From Somniosus microcephalus (taxonomy: Eukaryota): a DNA stretch of 64,000 bases. The stretch spans positions 72,974,001 through 73,038,000 of the forward strand of contig CM126204.1 of assembly GCA_052327205.1 (NCBI GenBank), read 5' to 3'. Position numbers and translations under genes: made by a program. The notes under the pieces are model-generated. The model was given only the letters and a program-made list of their open reading frames with translations. It was not told where the DNA came from and did not search any database. Shown one piece after another: positions 35,676-46,723 of this stretch. Numbering within the stretch: position 1 is the first letter of the stretch; every line of letters begins with the position of its first letter.

Positions 35676-38600
35676 GACTTACCCCTTTAATTAATTTAAA
35701 TTAATTCAATACCACCAGTTAAAGATATACTCTAGGGCGCTTATTTACCAACTGTCCCCACTACACCACAGAGACCCAAGAAAATATAAACCGCAGAATT
35801 TAAGCTTGTAATAAAAGAGATACTCACCAACCAATCACTTACCTGCTTCCTGGTGACGTCACATTTGGATTACTTTTTACCTCTCTCCTCTGCTGTTGAA
35901 TTGGTACGCCTCACCTCGCAACTGCCGCCGATTTCAAACTGCCGCCGCTTTTAAGCTCTGCCGGTCACTGCCCCCTCACAGGTCCGAGTTTTACTAGGGC
36001 TCCATGATGCCACACTCAGTTAAATGGTGCCTTGATGTCAAGGGCAGTCACTCTTACCTCACCTCTGGAATTCAGCTCCTTTGTCCATGTTTGAACCAAG
36101 GCTGTAATGAGGTCTGGAGCCGAATGGTCTTGGCAGAGCCCAAACTGGGCATCAGTGAGCAGGTTATTGGTGATTAGTGCCGCTTGATAGCACTGTCGAT
36201 GACATCTTCCATCACTTTGCTGATGATTGAGAGTTGACTGATGGGGCGGTAATTGGCCAGATTGGATTTGTCCTGCTTTTTTGTGGACAGGACATACCTG
36301 GGCAGTTTTCCACATTGTCGGGTGGATGCTAGTGTTGTAGCTGTACTGGAACAGCTTGGCTAGAGGCACGGCTAGTTCCGGAGCACAAGTCTTCAGCACG
36401 ACAGCCAGGATGTTGTCGGGGTCCATAGCCTTTGCTGTATCCAGTGCGCTCAGCCATTTCTTGATATCACGTGGAGTGAATCGAATTGGCTGAAGACTGG
36501 CTTCTGTGATGGTGGGGACCTCCGGAGGAGGCCAATATGGATCATCCACTCGGCACTTCTGGCTGACGATGGTTGTAAACGCTTCAGCCTTGTCTTTTGC
36601 AAGGCTGTCATGATCAATGCATTAAGTCATTCACTTTTATATAAGTCCTAAATGAATTATATGTGCAAAAAACCCTTTTACATTAAACTAGGACACTTTA
36701 TTTGTCAATCAAATATATAAAAAATCTCTGTCTTGCCTGTGCTGCAAGAAGGAAGCCATTTCTTCCTGTGCTTTGTCACTTCATTTCAATAGCATAGAGG
36801 GCACAATATATAAGATAGGAAGTTAGAGCACTAATGCCAAGTGAGTGGCTCAATTCGCATTGAACTGAAACTGATGCAAAATGGTATACAATCAGGGCTA
36901 GTGCTAAAGGCTGTGTGCATTATATTTTATGTATATATGTACATTATGTATTTTTATCATGGCTTACAGTGAAATACTCTTCTAAAAGTGCATTATCAAT
37001 TACTCAAAGCTGAACTGATTCATGCTGTAAGTAATGCAATGGTTCTGCCACTTATAGGGCTGAAATTTTAGATCTTTTGTGGTAGAATTTAAACAGTTTT
37101 ATTTAGGAATCTTCTCAAACTTAGTCACTGAATTAGAATTTGAGCATTGCACTTTAAAAAAAAAGTAAATAAACAATAACTCAAATTTGCTTTTGTGCCG
37201 TTTGTTCTAGCAGATGGCCTTCTTCAGATTTAAGGTGCTTTACAGATGGGAGTCGCAGCAGCCTGCTCTGCCACAGCTACCTCTGTAGGTTGATAGATGG
37301 GTATAAATCTCAACAATCATTTCTTGACAACCAATTTATAGAATCTGATCTGGTTAAAGACATGTCTTTCATACTCGAGCCACAGGAAATGGCTTTTTTT
37401 TTTTACAGTCTTGTTATATTTCATCAGGATGCCCCTCTTAATGAAATCGGCTTTAATTACACTTTTGTTCCATCTCGCTGTGACGCCCTTTAAATGTACA
37501 TGTGTGAACAGACCCCGGTTCCCCCCCCCCCCACCTGAATTCATTAGGAGCCCTGATGGTTCTCAGTCTGAGTGACATCTTTATTACTAAATCCAAGTGT
37601 ATAAAATCACCTTGTCACAGTGTCATCACAAAAAAAAAGGCGAAGGTGGTTACCGTGGAGTATCTGAAACGGGACCTGGGACAATCAGTGTGTAAAGTCA
37701 GTCTCTTAATGGCAGTAAAATCAAATGTGCCAACAACTCCACGACTCCCCGCTGCTAGCTGACAGCATGGTGCAAGACGCTAGGGCTAAACATTCAGTTA
37801 AACAGTGATTGTGATGAAATGCCACTCTGTGCTTAGCACAAGAACTGAACAGGTGTAGAGCGTGGTTTTTTTGCAGACTGCAGGAGTATCACAGTGAAAA
37901 CACATCCTGTGCATTTTATTTTCGAGGTAAGTGGAAGTCTAGCGTAAATTAAACTCTGCACCAGGCTGTGCAGTAAGTCATGTGCACATTTATTAAAATT
38001 ACTGCACAAACATTTTTTTTCAAAATTTGCGAGCAAAGATTTACCTGAATTGAATAGGAATGTATTTTGTGGGGAAATTCTTTTTTTTAGGGGCCATTTT
38101 CCCAGGCACCAATTGATTCCCAGTACTGTATATCTAAAACACTGGGTGATCTCTATTTAATGAGGACAACTGGATATATGGAAAAAAAATCATTTTTATT
38201 AGAGTATCCCCTTGAATAGATTTCAACCCTGTTGCAACACATGTTTTTACAGCTTTTAGCACAAAAAACAAATGGCAGGGGAAATGATATTCAAGTATCG
38301 GTACCAATGTAAAGGTACATTTTCCTGGGATTTTTTTTGCTGACATGGATTGGAAGGTTAATGGCTGTGTTTCTAAATAAGCCTAGTCTCATACAGGATT
38401 TGTTGAGGATGCTACTGTTGAACATTGCTCTTACAGCCTGCCTTCTCATAAGTTATTTTCCCTTTTCTTTGCGTTTAACTCTTTATCTTCCTCCATCCTC
38501 TTTTTTCTTATAATCTACACACTTTTAAGACCCAAGCTTGGTGCTAACTAATCACTGATTCACCGAGCCGTCTCTTCTACTCTGTTCAGCCTTGGTCATG

Positions 38601-40239
38601 CCACAGAACCAGGAAGATGTTCCAAAACTGGAAAACAGCAAGACAACCAACCCTCTTATGGGTTCCCAATTTTGAAAGTGATAGTAGTAAATCTGGATGG
38701 TAGGTGTCTGCTTTTGAATCATCAGTGACACACAGGACACACTCCTATGAGGGTGCAGGCACATGGAGCAACTTCATTAGTAACCAATATTGTTGAAAGC
38801 TTTTTTTATTTGCATTTCTTCATGTGGTTGCAGAACTGAAGAGAAAAGAAAGTCTTTGAACAGTTATTTCCTGCACACGGTTCTTTCTATTAAATGATTT
38901 GGAAAAACTCAGTAGGAAGGTTAGATTTATTTCAGCTGGGCCCCTCTCTACTCCCTGCTGTGATTCTGAAATCATGACCAATGTTCTTTAATATCAAAAG
39001 GTTAGATTCCATTTTCATCAATTTCAGGAAAAGAAAAATAAGCTGAGAGATTACTGCTGTACGAAAGGCAAATAACGCGATGAATGAATTCACAGAAAAA
39101 GTGAAATTATACTGTTTTCTTCATATGCAGTAAAGTCTTGGCTGACTCTCCGCCACCTTTTTAAAAAGAAAGTAAAATGAAGTTGCATTTATAGAAATTG
39201 TGATGCTTCTTGTTTATGTAATTGAACATGACTACACTCTACAAATTGGCAGGTATAATAGATAAAGACTTGTGAACTTTATTGTAAGTGATGGGTAACA
39301 CGTCGACCATTTGATATCTTTCGATCAACTGAAGGATGTTGCATAATTGAGATACAGCAAAAATGGAGTAGGAGGGATACTTAGTGAAAAGGGAAAAGAG
39401 AGAAATGTATCCGGATTCATCAAATTCTATAAACAATGGCATTTTACAACAATCACTTAATCTAATCGGGCTGGTTTACATTTGTTTTTGTGAGGAGGTG
39501 GAATAGGAATGTTGTAAGCTATGTTTCTATTTGATATTCTTTATAGTCTGCTCCATTAAAGTTTGTGCTGCAGTATCACAAGTTTTTTATACAGTAACAC
39601 ATTAGTATGGATAATACTTGTTTGTGTCACTGGGCTGTTTGACTGTGTTTAATCAAAAGTGAAATTAACACCACGGCCATGATACCAGTTAGGAGTCCAA
39701 CATTACAAAATGTTTTAAGCATTGATCTTCTCTGGCATACTGCAGAACTTGACAGCAAATATACAGACTGCTGTAGAGGACTAATCTTATGGAATATTAG
39801 GGCAAAATATCTGCATAAAAGAACTTGACTCTTTGTACTATTTTTAATGACATTTGAAAAGAAATAAAATTAAACTAGAAACCTGAAAATGGATTGAAGA
39901 AAGTTGATGATTATTGTCACATAATTGCATCCATTCCCGATGCTCAGAATATACATCATAGATCTCCAACTGGCACACACCAAGATTGGAGAATTCTTGT
40001 CTTGTCCTTTTTGCAAGATTCCTTCAGTCTGCACTTGACCCTTTTTAATTTATCCCTTTCAGACAATGTGTTCAGCTCCATTAGAGCAAATGTAGTTTGC
40101 TTTATTGTTGTATTTCAATAGCCACTGTCTTGCCAGGAGAGTAAAGGACTGCAGTATGCTATTAAGAGGATTGTGTGACATTATGTCAAACTCTGATGAG
40201 TAGTTGCAGTGTGAAGCTCCTAGTTTTCCTCTTATTTCT

Positions 40240-40313
40240 TCTTGCTGTAGTATCTGTAGTTTTCCAATTTTAACTCTCTTGCTGTAATATCTGTAGTTTG
40301 CCAATTTTACCTC
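40240..40313. repeat. 37-bp tandem duplication (2 copies)
   Basis: TCTTGCTGTAGTATCTGTAGTTTTCCAATTTTAACTC is repeated with about 3 substitutions. Confidence 0.85.
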
Positions 40314-41228
40314 TCTGAATTCCAACAGATCCCTTGCTCCCTTGTTTATTAATAGAATATTCTATTTTCTGCCCTTCATTGAAGTAATTCACAATCTATG
40401 TGGAGGTAATTTTTAAAATTTATATACACAATTTAAAAAGCAAATAAGTACATTTCTAGAACAGCACATATTCCTTTTTGTTCCCCATTCTCACCGTCTG
40501 GCACTCATTTCGTCTACACTCAGGATTTTAATCCTTACCTATAGAAATCTCAGATACAGCTGTAAAATGCTGTTGTTTCCAAAGTAAAAAGCGTTCTCTC
40601 CTCACCACTACGCCTTAATGCAATGATGATATGTTTGCTCCAGCAGTTGACAAGCCATTGTATCATTTAGATTCCATAATGACACCTTGTCATACTGAAA
40701 TGGCCATGTTTTCTCAAATCATACGTTACAGTGTTGATTCCTGACATACTGTATCATCTAGATGTGCTTTTTTCCCCTGTTCCAAGTTGAATGCAGTTTG
40801 GTGCCATTTTCCTATTGACTGATCCATATTTTGGCACCTTGTGTGGAGAGTACAATTAGTTCAGGCAGAAAAGTGAATTACAGTGTGTTCTTCAAAGCAG
40901 AAACGTTAACATTGTAACTGGATTCTTTCACTGGAGCACAAACGAATTACAGTGATTACTTTCAGAACTGCTAATCTAAATTCAGAGAAGGTTGCTCCTT
41001 CAGTTTGTAGAATCTTTTCAGAGCAAGAAAAAAATTGCATCTGAATGAGATGGAAAAGGAAACTGATTCATAAGAATGTCTTCAAATGACATTCAGTTTG
41101 GATAAACTAACTTTACAGTTGTAAGTTGCCACAAGTCCAAAATGTGGTTTATTCTCAGATGAAAAGCAATGCTTTTCAAAGTCTATTTTAAACATCACTA
41201 TTCTGAAATTTTTTTTTGCAAAGACTAA

Positions 41229-41914
41229 GGCCTAGAAATTGGGTTTTGGCTTAGCCAGGGCTTTAGCGCCGGAAGTTAGTGCCGGCGCTAAGTCCCCTGC
41301 GCGCGCCAAAAATTCAGTGGCGTCGCGCCCAAACGGCTGCCGGCGCTACTGAAGGGTCTTTGCGGCGGTACATCGGCGCAAACTGCCGTTTCGCGCCGCA
41401 ATTCCGGCGCTGCGGCACCCGATGCGGTGCGGCAGGCTGGGGACGTGCAGGCCTCCTCCTCCCGTTAAGGAGGAGCTGCCTGCACCCGGCCGCGGCCCGC
41501 GCAAATCAGCTTAAAAATGAGCCCGGCACCTCGGACAAGTGCCGGGCTTGCATCTGTTCCGGGGGGGGTGGGGGGAGAAGTCCGGGGAGGGAGCTGCGGG
41601 CAGGCGGCCGGCGGGAAAGTGGCCGGCCGCCGCGGGGCCTTTAATGCGCCGGCGCAAACTGAAGTAAGGCACCTCTGCCAGAACGTTGCTTGCGGCTGCC
41701 ACGGGCGAGGCGGCCGCAACTCAATTTCGGAGTTCGGGCGGGTTACCACGGCAACCGGGACGCTGCGCACACCGATGACGTCATCGGTGCCGGCGCAGCG
41801 CTACCGGTGCAACGCCGATTTAGGGCCCCAGGGAATTTTTAAACTGGCCATAACTCTGGCGCTAGTCCCTCTAGCGCCTCAAAAGCGGCGCTAAGGCTAG
41901 TGAATTTCTAGGCC
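41229..41914. mobile_element. Young CpG-rich MITE, PIF/Harbinger-like
   Basis: Perfect 12-bp TIRs GGCCTAGAAATT and AATTTCTAGGCC. TAA TSD at 41226-41228 and 41915-41917. No transposase ORF. Confidence 0.92.
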
Positions 41915-42318
41915 TAAATTTTTAATATATATTTTTTTAAATATGGCAAGTATTGTGTTGAAGCTAATTACTATCCTGTATCCAGGAAAGACCAGTTAAG
42001 AAACCACATGATTCTAAAAAAGGTGCATTATTGTACAAGCAAGAAATTCCTGCATGCTAAATAGTGCTCACTGGTCTGTATATGTGTGGGAGGATCAAAA
42101 ATGGAGTCAGCCATGTCAGTTTGCTATCATTTTCACAATAGTAATTATATTGAACAATTTGCAAATACAGTCCAAATATGATGGCTGCCCCATTATTTGT
42201 TAGGCATTGTTTGTACGCAGGAATTATTGATTTGCAAGCCTAAAAATATTCAAACAATTTTAACAAAATTTAATAGAACTATTATCCAGTTTAATAGGTC
42301 CATCCAGTTTAACAAGTA

Positions 42319-42479
42319 TGATAGCAAAATACTATAGCAAAATACTGTGGCTTTCCATTTCCTGCTTTTTTCCAGTTCTGACGAAGGGTCATCGACCTGA
42401 AACGTTAACTCTGTTTCTCTCTCCACGGATGCTGCCCTGGCCTGCTGAGTTTTTCCAGCATTTTCTGTTGTTATTTCAG
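42319..42479 (+). mobile_element. Penelope-like element pLTR fragment
   Basis: CTGACGAAGGGTC...GAAACGTTAACTCTG...GATGCTGCC...CCTGCTGAG...CCAGCATTTTCTG pattern. An inverted terminal piece (AGCAAAATACT, twice) lies upstream. A 14-bp direct repeat CAGTTTAACAAGTA is at 42305-42318 and 42477-42490. Confidence 0.75.
42374..42410 (+). ncRNA. Minimal type I hammerhead ribozyme motif (Penelope-associated)
   Basis: Stem I AGUU/AACU, core CUGACGA (42378-42384), stem II GGUC/GACC, GAAA (42399-42402), palindromic ACGU in place of stem III, and cleavage triplet GUU. Confidence 0.65.
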
Positions 42480-42801
42480 TTTAACAAGTACACTGGCCAT
42501 ATTTTGGTGACCACATTGACTTGCCTTTATATGGATTTGATATAAGGAAAAAAGGGAGAACTTTTTCTTCCATTAGTCTGCCTCACAATGGATGACTTGC
42601 TGACTTGGATGGTGTCAGCATCAAGGGTTCTGTGTGACCATAGGAGACACTGAAGTGCAATGAGCTGAGTGATGCCATTTTCTCTTCTTCTTAGCCCAAC
42701 AAAGAAGTAACAAAACTCACTCAGCTGAAGCAGGAGTATTCAAGTCCAAGCACTGACCATCACTCCAGCTAATGACCTGCAGGTCAAAGGGCAAATGCTG
42801 T

Positions 42802-43524
42802 ATAGAAGCATAGAAGATAGGAGCAGGAGTAGGCCATTCGGCCCCTCGAGCCTGTTCCGCCATTCAATGAGATTATGGCTGATCATCCAAATTCAGTACC
42901 CTGTCCCTGCCTTCTCCCCATATCCCTTGATCCCTTTAGCCTTAAGAAATATATCCAACTCCTTCTTGAATATATTTAATGAATTGGCCTCCACTGCCTT
43001 CTGTGGTAGAGAACTCCACAGGTTCACCACTCTCTGGGTGAAGAAATTCCTCCTCATCTTTGTCCTAAATGGCTTACCCCTTAGACTGTGACCCCTGGTT
43101 CTGGACTCCCCGGCCATTGGGAAAATACTTCCTGCATCCAGTCTGTCCAGTCCTGTTAGAATTTTATAAGTTTCAATGAGATCCCCTCTCATTCTTCTAA
43201 ACTCCAGCGAGTATAATCCCAATCGACCCAATCTCTCCTCATACGTCATTCCTGCCATCCCAGGTATCAGTCTGGTGAATCTTCGCTGCACTCCATGGCA
43301 AGAACATCCTTCCTCAGATAAGGTGACCAAAACTGCACACAATACTCAAGATGTGGTCTCACCAAGGCCCTGTACAACTGCAGCAAGACATCCTTGTTCT
43401 TGTACTCGAACCCTCTCGCTACGAAGGCCAACATACCATTTGCCTTCTTAACCACCTGCTGCACCTGCATGCTTACCTTCAGCGACTGGTGCACAAGGAC
43501 ACCCAGGTCTAGTTGCACTTCCCC
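42802..43524 (-). mobile_element. 5'-truncated CR1 LINE, same subfamily as 31184-35986
   Basis: Highly similar to 31190-31925, with small deletions or frameshifts. ORF2 ends GIKGYGEKAGTGY*. Confidence 0.95.
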
Positions 43525-43895
43525 GTGCTTGAGCCCGTAGACTGTCCTCCAAAAATAAAGCCCATCAATAAACTGCTACAGTCACAAAATGTTGTTCTTA
43601 TTGCTCCAAAATTGATAAGGAAATCAGAGTGCTGCTAAGGCCACTGAAGAGTCAATTTCAAGTCTCTTACAGAACCTGCAATACTGTATATATGTTAAAA
43701 ACTTTAGAATTTTCTTATTGAGATTAATCAAACTTTCAAGTTATAAAATGGGGAAATCTGGAAAGTTTCAGGTGACAGTGGGAATAATGGCCAGATAACT
43801 GTGTTACATCTGCTCATCAATGGAGTATATGTGTAACTGGCAAGGGAATTAAGAATTTTATCTGGAGATGTATTTAATTTAGTTGGAGACATAAT

Positions 43896-44704
43896 GGGCT
43901 GGATTTTACCTACCGAGACGAGTTGGGGCGGGACTGCTGCCTTCCGGGTTCTAGCCCCGCCCCCAGTGACATCCGACGCACAGACGCTAAGGGAAAGCCA
44001 GTGTCGGATGATGGCAGTTGATGACGCTTCATTTGCCAGTTTTCTTAAAGGGACAAGTAGCATTTATTTTTGACAGATGATCCATCAATGTTTGACAACA
44101 TTGAGGTGCTGTCAGACACTGACAATCACTGTACAAATGTGAGCCCTTGTACCCAGGCTCTCCAATGACTCTCTCCTTAGGATAAAACAGATGGCAGCTG
44201 CAGGTGATATTACAGAAGCAATCTGTCACTTCTCCCAATGAGGTGAGGCCACACAAACACTTCAAAGCTTGTCACCTACAGAAAAATCTGAACACATTAC
44301 AAATGACTTTCCCAACATCTCCTTACCTCTGATACTCACCAGTGTCCCATTGGATCCTTCACACCACTTCTACAGCTGTCATCTATACACAAACATTACA
44401 GCAGACCCACAGCATGCCTCGCTTACGCTGGCGGAGTTCCCCGATGTCGGGAAGCCCACAGCAGAAGTCTCAAAATGGGAAAAAGCCTCTTAACTGCTTG
44501 TTAACTACCTGTGTAGTTATAAGTGGCTATAATCCTCTTCCTGCCACTAGGAGTCGGGTCCCTGCGCAAATCGGGGACCCAATTCCCGGGAAGATTGTTT
44601 GGAGGCGGGTTGGGAATGGGTTCGGGACCCGCTTCCATTCTTTTTGATTTTGCCAGCAGTCCCGTCTCCAAACCCACCTCCTCAGGGCTGGTAAAATCCA
44701 GCCC
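43896..44704. mobile_element. MITE, PIF/Harbinger-like
   Basis: Perfect 15-bp TIRs GGGCTGGATTTTACC and GGTAAAATCCAGCCC. AAT TSD at 43893-43895 and 44705-44707. Confidence 0.92.
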
Positions 44705-46310
44705 AATAGGTCTACTACCTGGAGATAGATACATTCTCCTAGCAAGTGTAAATAAGTGGGGAAACCCAGCAACTGAAGGAAATAACTGGTAACACAAATA
44801 CTTACACCTTGCTATTAGTTAACTGCTATTGATTAAGTAATAGCAAGGTAGAAGTAAGGCTGGAAACATACTAATCCTTTTTGATTGGTAAGTTTCCTGC
44901 CTTATATCTTGCAATTAGCTAATTGCATTTGGTCATTCATTTAACTCTAGGACTGCAAAGGTTTTTTTTTTAATTTGTCTTCAACAGGTTATCAGTTGTC
45001 TTTCCCTATCTAATAGTGTGTTATACATTTCTCTTTGTTAGTATAGAAAGGGGTTAAAATGTCAAGCAGGTAACTGCTCTTTCTGTCCAGCTCTGTTTGA
45101 TATCATAGGGACATTCTTTACCAGGCTGCACGAGTCAAGGACCTTGCCTGCAACAAATTTTCCTTGCAGCCAGTGCTGTTAATGAGAGCAGTAATTAATT
45201 GATATCTCTCCCATCCCTTGACTACCACTCGGGGCAAAGAGTGGGGATTAAATTTTTCCCAAGTCAACATTAGAGAGAGCTGAATGTGCATTGACTTACA
45301 ACAGCTCTGTGAATTCCTCTAATTTAGAGTACTTACTCTTCCACTTATTACATTGTAATTACTGCTCTCCAATACATTATGTTCACAGACTTCAGTTGGA
45401 AATTATTAGTGCACTCTCCCTCTCTCCCCTTGAAATTCCTTGGCACTATTAATGTGGGACTGGAACATGCACAACTATCTATAAATTCAGTTGTCAGGTG
45501 CTAGTTTTTATTCTGGTCTGCAGTTGAATTTAAAATTAGAGGCACTAAAATTCACATTAGCAGCAAGCGCAATGGAATTCTAAAAACTATATTTAACAAA
45601 GAAAACCTTTTCTGTCAGAAAAAAGCTATTTGGGAGGTTATGATCTTATCCTTTTGTGGGTGAAGAATTGACTTCATTCCATTTTGTGCTGTCAATGCAA
45701 AATTTGATGTCACTCTGCACTGAACGCAGAGATTTGGTTGTGTTTTTCAAATGGGGGTTAATTTGTGTCAATTGAAAAATTATTAAATCAATCTTTGGGG
45801 ATTTTTGCCATTGTACTTTTTTTTGTTACAAGTTTTCTATTAGCATTTTGAGACAACTCGCATTTAAATCTCAAAGTGTTAACTGCAGTAATTGCTTCAA
45901 ATCTTGCTGTGCCTATTTTGCCCAACATATCTGTATTTTAAAAATCTTGTCAGTCTTTTTAGCAATAAGCTAGAAAAGATTATATTCAGATAATACATTT
46001 TTTTTTAACGGTTGCGTAATGACGGTTAGAATTTGTTCCTGAGGAAGAATTTGAAAATGAGAAAAATGATCTTTGGGAGGGAAACAGTTTTGATGATGAT
46101 TTCCTTCTTTCCCCCCCCCCTCCCCCCCTCCCCCTGCCTTTAAGTTTTGTTTACCACCTGTCTTCAGCTTTGATAAACCTCTGTCATGCCCTTATGCTGA
46201 TTATGTTCGTGTAGAACAACTTGTATTGACTAACAAATGAATGATGCCTGGCCCCTTGCCTATCAGAAAGGCCCTAAAGAATGTTGTTTTTAATTCAATG
46301 CTTTTCACAG

Positions 46311-46723
46311 GCTTCTCTGCAGAATGTCAGCCAAGGATCGACACATTGATTCGAGCTGCTCATCATACATTAAGACAGAGCCGTCCAGCCCTGCCTCGCT
46401 GACAGATAGTATCAATCACCACAGTCCAGGTGGCTCGTCGGACGCCAGTGGGAGCTACAGCTCCACTATGAATGGACACCAGAATGGCCTGGACTCTCCC
46501 CCGCTCTACACCACGACTAGCCTGGGCAGCAACGGCAGCTCCCGTAAACGGTACGATGACTGTTCGAGCACTATAGCCGAAGACTCGCAGACCAAGTGCG
46601 AGTACATGTTGAACTCCATGCCCAAAAGATTGTGTTTGGTCTGCGGTGACATAGCATCAGGATATCATTATGGTGTTGCTTCCTGTGAGGCCTGCAAAGC
46701 ATTCTTCAAGCGCACTATACAAG
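46311..46723 (+). CDS. ESRRG: ESRRG coding exon 2 (A/B domain and first zinc finger). Contains the short-isoform ATG at 46324
   Basis: Acceptor TTTTCACAG|G. Translates [27 protein letters not shown]...[30 protein letters not shown], with the ERR P-box CEACKA and the [12 protein letters not shown]/phospho motif. Donor AAG|GTAATG. 413 nt. Confidence 0.97.

Larger units (their letters stand above)
31184..35986 (-). mobile_element. Full-length CR1 LINE (HER1-like): 5' UTR, ORF1, disrupted ORF2, 3' tail
   Basis: (CATAGAAA)n tail at 31184-31205, APE and RT domains, ORF1, and about 310 bp of 5' UTR up to the host junction at 35986/35987. No TSD is evident. Confidence 0.95.
30161..36600 (-). mobile_element. 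5'-truncated, decayed CR1-clade LINE (second lineage), split by a full-length CR1 at 31184-35986
   Basis: RT-type segments [47 protein letters not shown] and YKAQVRNVMEYS, with frameshifts. A-rich tail at 30161. Continuous across the insertion (CATTGACTTC|AGTTTTACTAGGGC). Confidence 0.9.

Noticed and set aside
41279-41894. Several overlapping 60-125 aa ORFs, with similar ones at 1470-2115 and 44269-44797
   Set aside because: These are by-products of GC-rich MITE sequence and show no transposase or other domain motifs.
46110-46135. C- or G-rich tracts with G-quadruplex potential, also at 10740-10790, 18528-18550 and 26511-26548
   Set aside because: Low-complexity runs are common in such genomes, and nothing in the sequence supports function.
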